DNA of 63,750 nt, the filler included. It is 4 parts of 4 records of this genome, joined end to end, with 100 filler letters (N's around TTAATTAATTAA, not from the genome) between each part and the next. Parts side by side here need not be neighbours in the genome. Positions count along the whole stretch, not along the records: positions 1 to 31,340 come from SRR20825019_931; 3 more parts are not named here. One strand, given 5' to 3'. How positions within the stretch are numbered: the stretch's first letter is position 1; every line of letters starts with the position of its first letter. The position numbers and the translations under genes were made by a program. Positions 9,479 through 19,785 of the stretch are shown here, one piece after another. The notes under the pieces are model-generated. The model did no database searches and had not been told where the DNA came from. It was given only the letters and a program-made list of their open reading frames with translations.

Positions 9479-10642
9479 TTATACTTTTCTCAATTTTATG
9501 CCAAAGGTAGTACCTTTTCCGAGATCACTTTTTAAAACTTTAATGTTTCCATTGTGGTATTCTTCAATAATACGTTTTGCAAAAGATAATCCTAATCCCC
9601 AACCTCTTTTTTTGCTGGTATAACCGGTTTCAAAAACCTTTTTAAATTTACTTTTAGGAATTCCTTTGCCAGTATCAGAAATTTCGATCTTCACTACTTT
9701 TTGATCTTCAATAAGACGAAGTGAGAGTTGCCCTTTTCCTTTCATAGCATCTATAGCATTCTTAACTAAATTTTCAATAGTCCAACTAAACAGAGGTTCA
9801 TTTAGCATAACTTCAATTGAGCTATTAGGAATCTCACTTTTAAATTCAATTAATTTAGAGCTTCTGTTTTTTAAGTAGCCAAAAGTTTCTTCGGTTACTT
9901 TAACAATATCGACCTTGGATAGGGTTGGCTTACTGCCAACTTTACTAAATCTGTCTGTAATAACTTTTAGCCGTTCAATATCCTTTTCTATCTCCTCAAT
10001 ATACTCAGGATTAACATGTTCGGTTTTTAAAATTTCTGTCCAACCTACTAATGAACTTAATGGCGTACCAATTTGGTGTGCGGTTTCTTTGGCCATTCCT
10101 GCCCATAATTTATTTTGCTCACTTGATCGTGCAGTTCTGTAAAAGAAATAGATAACTCCTATAAGTAATAACAAGAATACTATTAATGCTAGAGGATAGT
10201 ATTTTAAGCGATTTAGAGTAGGACTGTTGCCGTAATACACATATTGAATTTCGCCATCGCCTAAATTTACTTTTATAGGGTCATTTTCAGACTTCATTTC
10301 TAAAAGTATACGCTGCATACGATCTGGGTTGCTTTCATCTTCTTCAGAAATATTTGCAGACTGCATAATGTTACCGTTGCCATCTGTGTTTATAGATGGT
10401 ATTGTAACGTTGCTTGTTACAATTTCTGTAACTAAATCTAGGTTGGCGCCATCATTAGGATTGTCTATATCAAAACTTATAAATTCTTCTAGAGCCATAG
10501 CCCAGATTCGCATTTTATTACGCTCATCATTTTTTAGCTGCTGAAAAAATAAAGAGGCATTAAAAAAGATAAGGCCAATAAACACTAAGGCAGAGACAAG
10601 AATAAGCCAGCGTTGTATATTACGTTCGTTAGAAAAGTTCAT
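9479..10642 (-). CDS. Sensor histidine kinase
   Basis: Two TM helices, H-box ETAHQIGTPLS, N-box ENLVKNAIDA, DTGKGI, GWGLGL. Confidence 0.95.
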   Translation of the reverse strand: MNFSNERNIQRWLILVSALVFIGLIFFNASLFFQQLKNDERNKMRIWAMALEEFISFDIDNPNDGANLDLVTEIVTSNVTIPSINTDGNGNIMQSANISEEDESNPDRMQRILLEMKSENDPIKVNLGDGEIQYVYYGNSPTLNRLKYYPLALIVFLLLLIGVIYFFYRTARSSEQNKLWAGMAKETAHQIGTPLSSLVGWTEILKTEHVNPEYIEEIEKDIERLKVITDRFSKVGSKPTLSKVDIVKVTEETFGYLKNRSSKLIEFKSEIPNSSIEVMLNEPLFSWTIENLVKNAIDAMKGKGQLSLRLIEDQKVVKIEISDTGKGIPKSKFKKVFETGYTSKKRGWGLGLSFAKRIIEEYHNGNIKVLKSDLGKGTTFGIKLRKV

Positions 10643-10726
10643 AGTTGATTAAAAAGACCAAGTTACTTATAAACGTGTTCACATCAAATTATTGTGTGTT
10701 CGGTTTTAAAACGCATTTGCAATTGT

Positions 10727-10734
10727 TACCTTTG
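10727..10734 (+). promoter_or_regulatory. Bacteroidota -7 element TACCTTTG
   Basis: TAnnTTTG match 4 nt before ATG 10739. Confidence 0.6.
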
Positions 10735-10738
10735 CCGT

Positions 10739-11617
10739 ATGGAGAACATCTTGTCTATAGACCCTAAAAATGAAACTGTTGGTACAGTTCATGGCCACTT
10801 ACTAAGTGCCATTAGTCCACGTCCAATTGCATTTGCAAGTACTGTAGATGCTCAAGGAAGACCAAATTTATCTCCATTTAGTTTTTTTAATGTCTTTGGT
10901 GCAAATCCGCCAATAGTTATTTTCTCTCCTGCAAGACGAGTAAGAGGTAACACCACTAAGCATACCTTAGAGAATGCTAAAGAAGTAGATGAGGTTGTTA
11001 TCAATATTGTAAATTATAATATGGTGCAACAAATGTCTCTTAGTAGTACAGAGTATGCAGAAGGTGTAAATGAATTTGAAAAAGCAGGACTTACAATGCT
11101 TAAAAGTGACTTGGTTAAACCGTTTAGAGTAGCAGAGTCTCCAGTACAATTAGAATGCAAGGTGAAACAGATTGTTGAAACCGGAACTGAAGGTGGCGCA
11201 GGTAACCTTATTATTTGTGAAGTAGTGAAAATACATATTAATAAAAATGTGTTAGATAAAAACGGAAGCATAGATCAACATAAAATTGATACTGTAGCTA
11301 GAATGGGTGGTAATTGGTACTCTAGGGCAAATATGGGAATGTTTGAAGTTGAAAAACCACTTCGTACACTAGGAATTGGAGTAGATAATTTACCGCAAAC
11401 TATTAGAGAAAGTAAAATTTTAACCGGTAATGATTTAGGTAGACTTGGAAATGTTGAAACGCTACCAACTAAAGAATTAATTGAAGATTATATTATAAAA
11501 AATAGCTTAGGAGAGTTTGTGAAAAATGCAACAGTAGAAGATTTGCACAAGCAAGCCAAGCAACATTTAGAAAACAATAACACCACATATGCGTGGTATA
11601 TTTTATTAGCAAAATAA
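10739..11617 (+). CDS. Flavin reductase-like (DIM6/NTAB) protein
   Basis: PRPIAFAST, NLSPFSFFN, KHTLEN, ESPVQLEC, ARMGG. Confidence 0.9.
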   Translation: MENILSIDPKNETVGTVHGHLLSAISPRPIAFASTVDAQGRPNLSPFSFFNVFGANPPIVIFSPARRVRGNTTKHTLENAKEVDEVVINIVNYNMVQQMSLSSTEYAEGVNEFEKAGLTMLKSDLVKPFRVAESPVQLECKVKQIVETGTEGGAGNLIICEVVKIHINKNVLDKNGSIDQHKIDTVARMGGNWYSRANMGMFEVEKPLRTLGIGVDNLPQTIRESKILTGNDLGRLGNVETLPTKELIEDYIIKNSLGEFVKNATVEDLHKQAKQHLENNNTTYAWYILLAK

Positions 11618-11626
11618 CAGAAGAAG

Positions 11627-12013
11627 ATGGAAGTACAAGGAACAGTTAAGTTAATTAACGACACACAAACATTTGGTAGCAATGGCTTTAGAAAAAGAGA
11701 GATTGTTGTTACTACAGAAGAGCAATATCCTCAACATATAATGATTGAGTTTGTTCAAGACAAAACTAATTTGTTAGATAACTTTAATGTTGGACAACAG
11801 GTAAAAATTAGTATTAACTTAAGAGGTCGTGAGTGGGTAAACCCTCAAGGAGAAACTAAGTACTTTAACAGTATTCAAGGTTGGAGAATAGAAAACTTGC
11901 AGCCGCAAAACAATGCAGGTTCTAGTAATGCAGCTCCAATGCCACCAGTTGATGAATTTGAGCCAGCTGGAAACAATTTAAATCAAGATGATCACGATGA
12001 TTTACCGTTTTAA
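11627..12013 (+). CDS. DUF3127 family OB-fold (SSB-like) protein
   Basis: GFRKRE, EQYPQ, NLRGREW, YFNSIQGWRI, acidic DDLPF tail. Confidence 0.88.
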   Translation: MEVQGTVKLINDTQTFGSNGFRKREIVVTTEEQYPQHIMIEFVQDKTNLLDNFNVGQQVKISINLRGREWVNPQGETKYFNSIQGWRIENLQPQNNAGSSNAAPMPPVDEFEPAGNNLNQDDHDDLPF

Positions 12014-12041
12014 TACGATAAATTAAAGTTGTTTTATAAGT

Positions 12042-12081
12042 AAGACACCCAAAGCATTTTGTAGTGCTTTGGGTGTTTTTT
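12042..12081. terminator. Intrinsic terminator between convergent genes
   Basis: ACACCCAAAGCA-loop-TGCTTTGGGTGT followed by T run. Confidence 0.85.
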
Positions 12082-12550
12082 ATATTTTTATTTGTCGTTC
12101 TATCTGTTGTTCTAAAGAGATAAATGTTTCTGTTCTGGATACTCCAGAAATAGCTTGTATTTCTTTATTTAAAACCTCCATTAAATGGGAGTTGTCCCGA
12201 CACAGAATTTTAAGAAAAATAGACCAGTTTCCAGTGGTGTAATGGCACTCTATTACTTCTGGTATCGCCTCTAACTGTTTTACAGCCTTTGGGTTACTCA
12301 TAGCTTTATCTAAAAACACCCCAATAAAAGCCATTGTATGATAACCTAGAACTTTAGGGTTTATAACAAATTTAGAACCAGCAATAAGCCCACTTTTTTC
12401 TAATTTTCGTAGTCGCTGATGAATTGCAGCACCACTTATACCAACATTTCTTGCAATCTCTAAAATAGGTGTACGCGCATCGGAGATTAAAGAGCGAAGT
12501 ATTTTTTTATCAATACCATCAATAACAACTTGTTCGTTTTTTAGTTTCAT
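12080..12550 (-). CDS. Lrp/AsnC family transcriptional regulator
   Basis: IDKKIL...DARTP..EIARNVGIS HTH and RAM domain ending RTETFISL. Confidence 0.93.
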   Translation of the reverse strand: MKLKNEQVVIDGIDKKILRSLISDARTPILEIARNVGISGAAIHQRLRKLEKSGLIAGSKFVINPKVLGYHTMAFIGVFLDKAMSNPKAVKQLEAIPEVIECHYTTGNWSIFLKILCRDNSHLMEVLNKEIQAISGVSRTETFISLEQQIERQIKI

Positions 12551-12595
12551 CAGCTTTCAGTTTAAAACCGAAATATAAGAATTAATTAAAAAACA

Positions 12596-13966
12596 TTATG
12601 CAGAAACGCCATCTGGATTATAACCTAAATATTTTCTTTCTGTTTCTTTAAAGGTAATTCCGTGCTCTTCCAGTTCTTTTAAAATTGGTTCATATACCTC
12701 TTTAGTAATTGGTATTTGAACACCAGGCGTGGTAATTTCTTTATTTAATATTTTTAGTGCTGCTATAGCTACTGGTAAGCCAACTGTTTTAGACATAGCA
12801 GTATAGGTTTGATCTTGCCCCAAAGCTACCATTGTTGAGTCTATTTGATGTTTTTTGCCATCTAACTCAAAGCCAAACTTATGATACATAACAATCATAT
12901 CCTTATCATCTGGTGCTAAAGACCATTTTTCCATTAATATCTTCTGAAGAATTTGGGCAGGTGTAGCACTTTTTAATCCTATTTTCTTTTTGTCGTTAAA
13001 TAGGTCAAGCTCTAATAATTTATCCCACATAATATCATCTTGATCTATCTTAAGACTATGTCTCATTTTTAGCTCTACAGAATCTGATGGAGAATACGGA
13101 AGAAAAGAGTTAACAAACTCTCTGTAGCTCATATCCATAGTATCTTCCATGGTGTAGCTATCGTCTGTCATACCAAGTTGAACAAACATATTCCAGGCTT
13201 TACTAAACCCTACGCGACGCATAGTACCTCTATATAATGTAAGAGCGTCTTCTAATTTATAAATACTTCTATATTTTAAAGAGTTTCTATTGGCATAAGC
13301 TTCAAACCTGCCATACCCATCAACTTCTAAAAATTCTGTTCTTCTAAAAAGTTTATTATAAGGGATGTATTTATATTGGCCTTCTTGAATAAACTCTGCG
13401 ACACCACCTTGGCCGGCCACAACAACATTTCTTGGATTCCAGGTAAACTTATAATTCCATAAATTGTTATCACTTTCTGGAGCCACTAAGCCTCCTGTAA
13501 AAGATTCAAACAACAGCATTTTTCCGCCTTTGTCTCTTATTCTGTCAATTACCTGCATAGCACTCATGTGGTCTATACCTGGATCTACACCTATTTCATT
13601 CATAAACACCAACCCTTTATTTATTGCAGATTGGTTTAAGCTTTCCATTTCTTGGCTTACATAAGATGCGGTAACCATATGTTTTCCAAAGGTTATACAG
13701 TCTTTTGCAACTTCAATATGATAGCGTGCAGGAAGCATAGATATAACAAGGTCTACTTGGTCTATTGCTTCTTGTCTGTTTTTTTTGTTGAAGACATCAA
13801 GAGTTATAGCTTTGGCATGTTTATGATTTCCTATAGCTTTTTGAGCATTAGCTACATATAAATCTCCTACAGTAATTTCTAATTGTTCTTTCTCTGCATG
13901 ATCTAACAAGTAAGACATTAAATAACTTGTAGATTTTCCTGCTCCTATAATTAATATTTTACGCAT
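12596..13966 (-). CDS. Saccharopine dehydrogenase family protein
   Basis: IIGAGKS, TASYVS, NEIGVDPGIDHM, YKFTWNPR, TAMSKTVG. Confidence 0.93.
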   Translation of the reverse strand: MRKILIIGAGKSTSYLMSYLLDHAEKEQLEITVGDLYVANAQKAIGNHKHAKAITLDVFNKKNRQEAIDQVDLVISMLPARYHIEVAKDCITFGKHMVTASYVSQEMESLNQSAINKGLVFMNEIGVDPGIDHMSAMQVIDRIRDKGGKMLLFESFTGGLVAPESDNNLWNYKFTWNPRNVVVAGQGGVAEFIQEGQYKYIPYNKLFRRTEFLEVDGYGRFEAYANRNSLKYRSIYKLEDALTLYRGTMRRVGFSKAWNMFVQLGMTDDSYTMEDTMDMSYREFVNSFLPYSPSDSVELKMRHSLKIDQDDIMWDKLLELDLFNDKKKIGLKSATPAQILQKILMEKWSLAPDDKDMIVMYHKFGFELDGKKHQIDSTMVALGQDQTYTAMSKTVGLPVAIAALKILNKEITTPGVQIPITKEVYEPILKELEEHGITFKETERKYLGYNPDGVSA

Positions 13967-14035
13967 TTAGTTTAGTTGGTTAGATTTGTAGTAAGACGAA
14001 AGTAATGAATTGGCTACAACCTAAAAAATTTAAAC

Positions 14036-14425
14036 ATGGATAAAAGATTTCTTATTGCAGGTTCCTTTTTTGGACTAACAGCTGTAATTATAGGTGCTTT
14101 TGGAGCTCACGCTTTGCAAAAAGTATTAGATGTGGCACAATTAAATACATTTGAAACAGGAGTGAAATACCAAATGTATCATGCATTACTTTTAGTTTTT
14201 TTAGGATTGTTTAGTGTAAAGACATCTAAATCTAAAACTGTATTGCTTTGGTTATTAATTATAGGAGTAATTTTATTTTCGTGGTCAATTTTTGGGCTTG
14301 CCACAAATAGCTTGACAGGCTTTAATTTTAAAAAAATCGCAATTTTAACACCATTAGGAGGTACATTGCTCATAACAGCTTGGGCACTCATATTTTACAA
14401 AGCATTAACGTTAAAAAATCAATAA
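14036..14425 (+). CDS. DUF423 (YgdD/TMEM256) membrane protein
   Basis: GAFGAH, FETGVKYQMYHA, TPLGG. Confidence 0.9.
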   Translation: MDKRFLIAGSFFGLTAVIIGAFGAHALQKVLDVAQLNTFETGVKYQMYHALLLVFLGLFSVKTSKSKTVLLWLLIIGVILFSWSIFGLATNSLTGFNFKKIAILTPLGGTLLITAWALIFYKALTLKNQ

Positions 14426-14461
14426 ATAGAATTTAATTCTCTTGGTTAGGAGTGATTTCTG

Positions 14462-14469
14462 TACTTTTG
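14462..14469 (+). promoter_or_regulatory. Bacteroidota -7 element TACTTTTG upstream of pckA
   Basis: TAnnTTTG match. Confidence 0.6.
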
Positions 14470-14503
14470 CTTTATAAACAAAACACAACTTCAAAACCTA
14501 GTT

Positions 14504-16114
14504 ATGGTTACAAATACCAACACTACGAAATCGATTTCGCTAGAACCTTACGGAATCAAGGACACAACGACCCATTATCAACTTACGCCATCACAATTAC
14601 ATGAGACAGCAATAGCAAACGGCCAAGGCCAAGAAGCTAGCAGCGGCGCTCTTGCAATTAACACTGGCGAGTTTACTGGACGTTCTCCTTTAGACCGTTT
14701 TATCGTTAAAGACGATGTTACTAAAGATGAGATTTGGTGGGGAAATATAAATATCCCTTTTGATGCAGATAAGTTTGATGCACTTTATGATAAAGTCACA
14801 GATTACTTATCTGGAAAAGAAGTTTTTGTGCGAGATAGCTACGCTTGTGCAGATGAAAAATATAAATTAAATATTCGTGTTGTAAACGAATATCCTTGGA
14901 GCAATATGTTTGCCTATAATATGTTTTTAAGACCTTCAGAAGATGAGCTTAAAAACTTTAAAGAAGAATGGCTTATTGTAAATGCACCAGGTTTTATGGC
15001 AGATCCTGAAGTAGATGGAACACGACAGCACAACTTTGCAATTTTAAATTTTGGAAAGAAAATAGCGCTTATTGGTGGTACTGGATATACAGGTGAAATT
15101 AAAAAAGGGATTTTCTCTGCGCTTAATTTTATATTGCCAGTACAAAAGGAAACTTTACCAATGCACTGCTCTGCTAATGTAGGAGAAGATGGAGATACTT
15201 CAATCTTTTTTGGTCTTTCTGGAACAGGTAAAACTACATTGTCTGCAGATCCTAATAGAAAACTTATTGGAGATGATGAGCACGGCTGGACAAAAGAAGA
15301 TACCATCTTTAATTTTGAAGGCGGTTGTTATGCAAAGGTTATAAACCTCTCAAAAGAAAACGAACCAGATATTTATAATGCAATTAAACCAGGAGCTATT
15401 CTTGAAAACGTTGTGTTAGATGAAAATGGAGATGTAGATTTTGCTGATACTAGCATTACTCAAAATACAAGAGTTAGTTACCCAATTTATCATATAGATA
15501 ATATTCAGGAGCCTTCAATAGGAAAGAATCCTAAAAACATATTTTTCTTAACCGCAGATGCTTTTGGTGTACTGCCTCCTATTAGTAAGCTATCTCCAGG
15601 TCAAGCTGCTTATCACTTTATTAGTGGTTATACGGCAAAGGTTGCTGGTACAGAAGCTGGTGTAGATGAGCCAATGCCATCGTTCTCTGCGTGTTTTGGA
15701 GCACCATTTATGCCTTTACACCCAACACGTTATGCAGAAATGCTAAGTCAGAAAATGAAAGATTCTGGCGTAAATGTTTGGTTGGTAAACACAGGTTGGA
15801 CTGGCGGTCCTTATGGTGTTGGAAAACGTATGGCTTTAAAGTATACTAGAGCTATGATTTCTGCTGCTATGGATGGTTCTTTAGAGGAAGCAAATAAAGA
15901 TAATTACCACACACACTCAGTATTTGGCGTTAAACAACCAAGAACTTGTCCTAACGTGCCAACAGATGTTTTAAGTCCTCGTAAGACTTGGAATAATGAT
16001 CAAGGATACTACAAAAAGGCTTATACTTTAGCAGAAAGCTTTAGACAGAACTTCTTAAAATTTGAAGAGTACGCTAATGAAGAAATATTAGCAGGCGCTC
16101 CAAACGTTAAGTAA
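14504..16114 (+). CDS. pckA: Phosphoenolpyruvate carboxykinase (ATP)
   Basis: TGRSP, GEIKK, MHCSAN, FGLSGTGKTTLS, LIGDDEHGW, NFEGGCYAK. Confidence 0.97.
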   Translation: MVTNTNTTKSISLEPYGIKDTTTHYQLTPSQLHETAIANGQGQEASSGALAINTGEFTGRSPLDRFIVKDDVTKDEIWWGNINIPFDADKFDALYDKVTDYLSGKEVFVRDSYACADEKYKLNIRVVNEYPWSNMFAYNMFLRPSEDELKNFKEEWLIVNAPGFMADPEVDGTRQHNFAILNFGKKIALIGGTGYTGEIKKGIFSALNFILPVQKETLPMHCSANVGEDGDTSIFFGLSGTGKTTLSADPNRKLIGDDEHGWTKEDTIFNFEGGCYAKVINLSKENEPDIYNAIKPGAILENVVLDENGDVDFADTSITQNTRVSYPIYHIDNIQEPSIGKNPKNIFFLTADAFGVLPPISKLSPGQAAYHFISGYTAKVAGTEAGVDEPMPSFSACFGAPFMPLHPTRYAEMLSQKMKDSGVNVWLVNTGWTGGPYGVGKRMALKYTRAMISAAMDGSLEEANKDNYHTHSVFGVKQPRTCPNVPTDVLSPRKTWNNDQGYYKKAYTLAESFRQNFLKFEEYANEEILAGAPNVK

Positions 16115-16133
16115 AGCTCAATTAAGTAAAAAC

Positions 16134-16170
16134 AAAAAACCCGATGATATTTTTATCATCGGGTTTTTTT
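16134..16170. terminator. Bidirectional intrinsic terminator
   Basis: AAAAAACCCGATGATA-loop-TATCATCGGGTTTTTTT. Confidence 0.9.
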
Positions 16171-16193
16171 ATGTTTAAAAGTTAGTGAAGTAA

Positions 16194-16940
16194 TTACTTC
16201 TTATTAACTTCTGTAATGTATTTCTTTAAAGCCATTGTCATAGATGGTGTTTCTGGTGAAGGTGCTTTAATGTTTACCTTTAAGCCGTGATCTTCTGCAG
16301 CTTTAATTGTAGTGTTTCCAAAAACAGCAATGCGTGTATTGTTTTGCTGATAATCTGGAAAGTTTTCAAATAAAGACTTTATGCCGCTTGGGCTAAAGAA
16401 TACTAAGATGTCATAAAATACATCTCTTAAATTAGAAAGGTCACTAACTACAGTTTTGTAGAAAATAGCTTGTTTCCAAGAAACACCTAGTTCATCTAAT
16501 GTTTCTGGAACCATTGGTTTTAGCATATCTGAAGAAGGTAATAAAAACTTCTCGTTTTTATGTTTCTTAATAAGAGGAGTTAACTCTTGAAATGTTCTTT
16601 TACCAACATAGATTTTTCGTTTTCTATACACTACATATTTTTGTAGGTAATAGGCAACAGCTTCACTTTGGCAAAAATACTTAAGAGAATCTGGTACAGT
16701 GTATCTTAATTCTTCAGCTATTCTGAAAAAATGATCTACTGCATTTCTACTAGTAAGTATAATTGCTGTGTAATTCTTTAGATCAACCTTTTGTTGTCTT
16801 ACATCTTTAGAAGAGACGCCTTCAACATGTATAAAAGGAATAAAATCTATTTTTACTTTTTGCTTTTCCTCAAGCTCAAAGTAAGGTGAATTTTCTATTT
16901 TAGGTTCAGGTTGGGAAACCAAAATTGTTTTCACTTTCAT
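16194..16940 (-). CDS. hemD: Uroporphyrinogen-III synthase family protein
   Basis: ILVSQP, IILTSRNAV, FFSPSGI HemD motifs. Confidence 0.85.
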   Translation of the reverse strand: MKVKTILVSQPEPKIENSPYFELEEKQKVKIDFIPFIHVEGVSSKDVRQQKVDLKNYTAIILTSRNAVDHFFRIAEELRYTVPDSLKYFCQSEAVAYYLQKYVVYRKRKIYVGKRTFQELTPLIKKHKNEKFLLPSSDMLKPMVPETLDELGVSWKQAIFYKTVVSDLSNLRDVFYDILVFFSPSGIKSLFENFPDYQQNNTRIAVFGNTTIKAAEDHGLKVNIKAPSPETPSMTMALKKYITEVNKK

Positions 16941-16958
16941 AGACGGTGTTTAAATACG

Positions 16959-17630
16959 TTAATTCAAAATTGTTACTACTTTATATAGAATAAAATAGGG
17001 GGCAATTTCAAATGCGCAAAGATATAAAATAAAATAGAATAAATTATTGAAAATTAGAAGTCCCTTTTTTCTATAATATTTTAAGATAAATAATAGGTTA
17101 ATTATTAAAAATGCAACGGAAATTATTAAAAACGCGTAACCTCCTAAAAGATGCGTATATACGTCTATAATACACAGTGGAAATATAGCAAGTGCTAAAT
17201 AATGTCTGTGGCTAAACTTGAAGAATAGGTAATCCTCGATAATGTTTTCCATTAAAAAAAGATTAGCCAACATTTTCTCTGCAAAATACTTTACAAGCAT
17301 TAAAACGCCAAAACCAAATACTACCTGAATAAAAAAAATAAATTCCCGAGTAAGTAATTCAGGATAATGATCTCTTGCAATAAGATTTAAAACAATACCA
17401 GCAACCAAACAGTTAAATGTGAACAGTAATGTATTAAATAGAAAACTTAATTTATGTTCGTTCTTTTTTATGATGAAATATCTTGGCTCTATAGGTAATG
17501 CTAAAAACCTTAAAAAGCGTTCTTCATATAATATCTTACAAAGACAAATAAGGCCAAGACATATCATTATAGATGCTGTGATCCATAAATTTGTGGGTTC
17601 TTGAAGAGGAATTGCCTGTAAATCTTTCAT
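16959..17630 (-). CDS. DUF4271-like multi-pass membrane protein
   Basis: Multiple TM helices, C-terminal FYFILYLCAFEIAP, adjacent to hemD. Confidence 0.8.
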   Translation of the reverse strand: MKDLQAIPLQEPTNLWITASIMICLGLICLCKILYEERFLRFLALPIEPRYFIIKKNEHKLSFLFNTLLFTFNCLVAGIVLNLIARDHYPELLTREFIFFIQVVFGFGVLMLVKYFAEKMLANLFLMENIIEDYLFFKFSHRHYLALAIFPLCIIDVYTHLLGGYAFLIISVAFLIINLLFILKYYRKKGLLIFNNLFYFILYLCAFEIAPYFILYKVVTILN

Positions 17631-17722
17631 TGTTGCAAAAGTAATGTAATGAAAAAGACTATTGCAATTTCTTAGATGTTTACGGTAGTTATTTTAAGTA
17701 CATTTGCAAAAAAAAAGCTTTT

Positions 17723-18442
17723 TTGAAAAGTTTAGTCATTATACCAACTTACAATGAGAACCTTAATATAGAAAGGTTGTTGCGTAACATTTTTTCTCAA
17801 CAAAGAAAATTTGATGTGTTGGTGGTAGATGACAATTCACCAGACGGCACTGCAGCTACAGTTAAGTTTTTAATGGAAGAGTTTCCAAATCAATTATTTA
17901 TTGAGGAACGCCAAGGAAAACTAGGTTTAGGAACAGCATACATACATGGCTTTAAGTGGGCGCTTAAAAGAGATTACAATTTAATCTTCGAAATGGATGC
18001 AGACTTTAGTCACAACCCAAACGATTTACACAGACTGTATAATGCTTGTGTAAAACAGCAGGCAGATCTGGCTATAGGTTCTCGTTATGTTACAGGAGTT
18101 AATGTTGTAAATTGGCCTATGTCAAGAGTTTTGCTTTCCTACATTGCTTCAAAGTATGTAAGGTTCATTACTGGTATGAATATTCATGATACTACAGCAG
18201 GATTTGTTTGTTATACAAGAAATGTACTTGAAACGATAGATTTGGATAAGATTGCTTTTGTAGGCTATGCATTTCAAATAGAGATGAAGTTTAAGGCCTA
18301 TTTAAAAAAGTTTAAAATAGTAGAGGTTCCTGTCATTTTCACAGACCGAACAAAAGGAGAATCAAAAATGAGTGGCAATATTATATATGAAGCTGTTTTT
18401 GGGGTATTTAAAATGAAGTTTAAAAGCCTGTTTAAAAAATAA
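17723..18442 (+). CDS. Polyprenol monophosphomannose synthase (GT2, DPM1-like)
   Basis: IIPTYNE, VDDNSPDGT, EMDADFSH, GSRY, GYAFQIE; TTG start. Confidence 0.92.
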   Translation: MKSLVIIPTYNENLNIERLLRNIFSQQRKFDVLVVDDNSPDGTAATVKFLMEEFPNQLFIEERQGKLGLGTAYIHGFKWALKRDYNLIFEMDADFSHNPNDLHRLYNACVKQQADLAIGSRYVTGVNVVNWPMSRVLLSYIASKYVRFITGMNIHDTTAGFVCYTRNVLETIDLDKIAFVGYAFQIEMKFKAYLKKFKIVEVPVIFTDRTKGESKMSGNIIYEAVFGVFKMKFKSLFKK

Positions 18443-18444
18443 CA

Positions 18445-19785
18445 ATGGATAAGATTTTAATAAAGAATGCACATATTGTTTCAGACGGTAAAATCCTTTT
18501 AGGAGATGTTTACATAGAGTCTGGTATTATTAAAGAAGTTGCAGATCACATAAGTGCAAAATCTCCAGATGTAAATGTTTTCGATGCAGAAGGAAATTAC
18601 CTTTTGCCAGGAGTTATAGATGATCAAGTTCATTTTAGAGAGCCAGGTCTTACTCAAAAAGAAAACATACACACAGGCTCTAAAGCTGCTGTGGCTGGAG
18701 GAATTACATCATTTATGGAAATGCCAAATACTAATCCTCAAACTACAACTATTGAAAAGCTTGAGGAGAAATTTGAGATAGCAGCAAAAACCTCTTATGC
18801 AAACTATTCATTTATGTTTGGTGGGACTAATGACAATTTAGATGAAATTGTTAAGGTTAACCCTAAGACAACAGCTGCTTTAAAATTATTCCTAGGTTCA
18901 TCAACAGGTAATATGCTTGTAGATGATGAAACTGTTTTAGAAAAAATATTTAAAAACAGTCCTTTAATGATTTGTGCTCATTGTGAAGATGAAGATGCAA
19001 TTAAAGCAAATCTGGCCACATATACAGAACGCTATGGTGATGATATTCCAATTGAGTTTCATCCTATAATTAGGTCTGAAGAAGCTTGTTATAAATCATC
19101 TTCTAGAGCTGTAGAATTAGCTAAGAAAACCGGCGCTAAATTACACGTATTTCACGTTTCTACCGCAAAAGAACTGGAGTTGTTCGACTCTAAAAAGCCA
19201 TTAAAAGATAAAAAAATAACAGCAGAGGTTTGTATTCATCACCTTTGGTTTAATGATAGCGATTATGACGCTAAAGGCACACTAATAAAATGGAATCCTG
19301 CTGTAAAGACTAAAAAAGATCAAGATGCACTTTTAAAAGGGTTGTTAGATGGTAAGTTAGATGTTTTAGCTACAGACCACGCACCTCACACTAAAGAAGA
19401 AAAAAAGAACCCTTATACAAAAGCACCAAGTGGTGGTCCTTTGGTACAACATGCATTACCGGCAATGCTTGAATTTTATCATGAAGGTAAAATTTCATTA
19501 GAGAAAATTGTAGAGAAAATGTGCCATAATCCAGCAATACTTTTTGATATTGAACAAAGAGGATATATAAAAGAAGGATATAAAGCAGATTTAGTAATGG
19601 TAGATCTAAATGCACCTTGGACAGTGCAGGAAGACAACATCTTTTCTAAATGTGGTTGGTCTCCTTTTGAAGGCTCTACGTTTAGATCACGTATTACTCA
19701 CACATTTGTAAATGGTAATCTGGTATATAAGAATTTTAGACATTATGACGTTTTAAAAGGTGAACGTTTAACTTTTGACCGTTAA
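18445..19785 (+). CDS. pyrC: Dihydroorotase
   Basis: DDQVHFREPG, EMPNT, HVST, ATDHAPH. Confidence 0.9.
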   Translation: MDKILIKNAHIVSDGKILLGDVYIESGIIKEVADHISAKSPDVNVFDAEGNYLLPGVIDDQVHFREPGLTQKENIHTGSKAAVAGGITSFMEMPNTNPQTTTIEKLEEKFEIAAKTSYANYSFMFGGTNDNLDEIVKVNPKTTAALKLFLGSSTGNMLVDDETVLEKIFKNSPLMICAHCEDEDAIKANLATYTERYGDDIPIEFHPIIRSEEACYKSSSRAVELAKKTGAKLHVFHVSTAKELELFDSKKPLKDKKITAEVCIHHLWFNDSDYDAKGTLIKWNPAVKTKKDQDALLKGLLDGKLDVLATDHAPHTKEEKKNPYTKAPSGGPLVQHALPAMLEFYHEGKISLEKIVEKMCHNPAILFDIEQRGYIKEGYKADLVMVDLNAPWTVQEDNIFSKCGWSPFEGSTFRSRITHTFVNGNLVYKNFRHYDVLKGERLTFDR

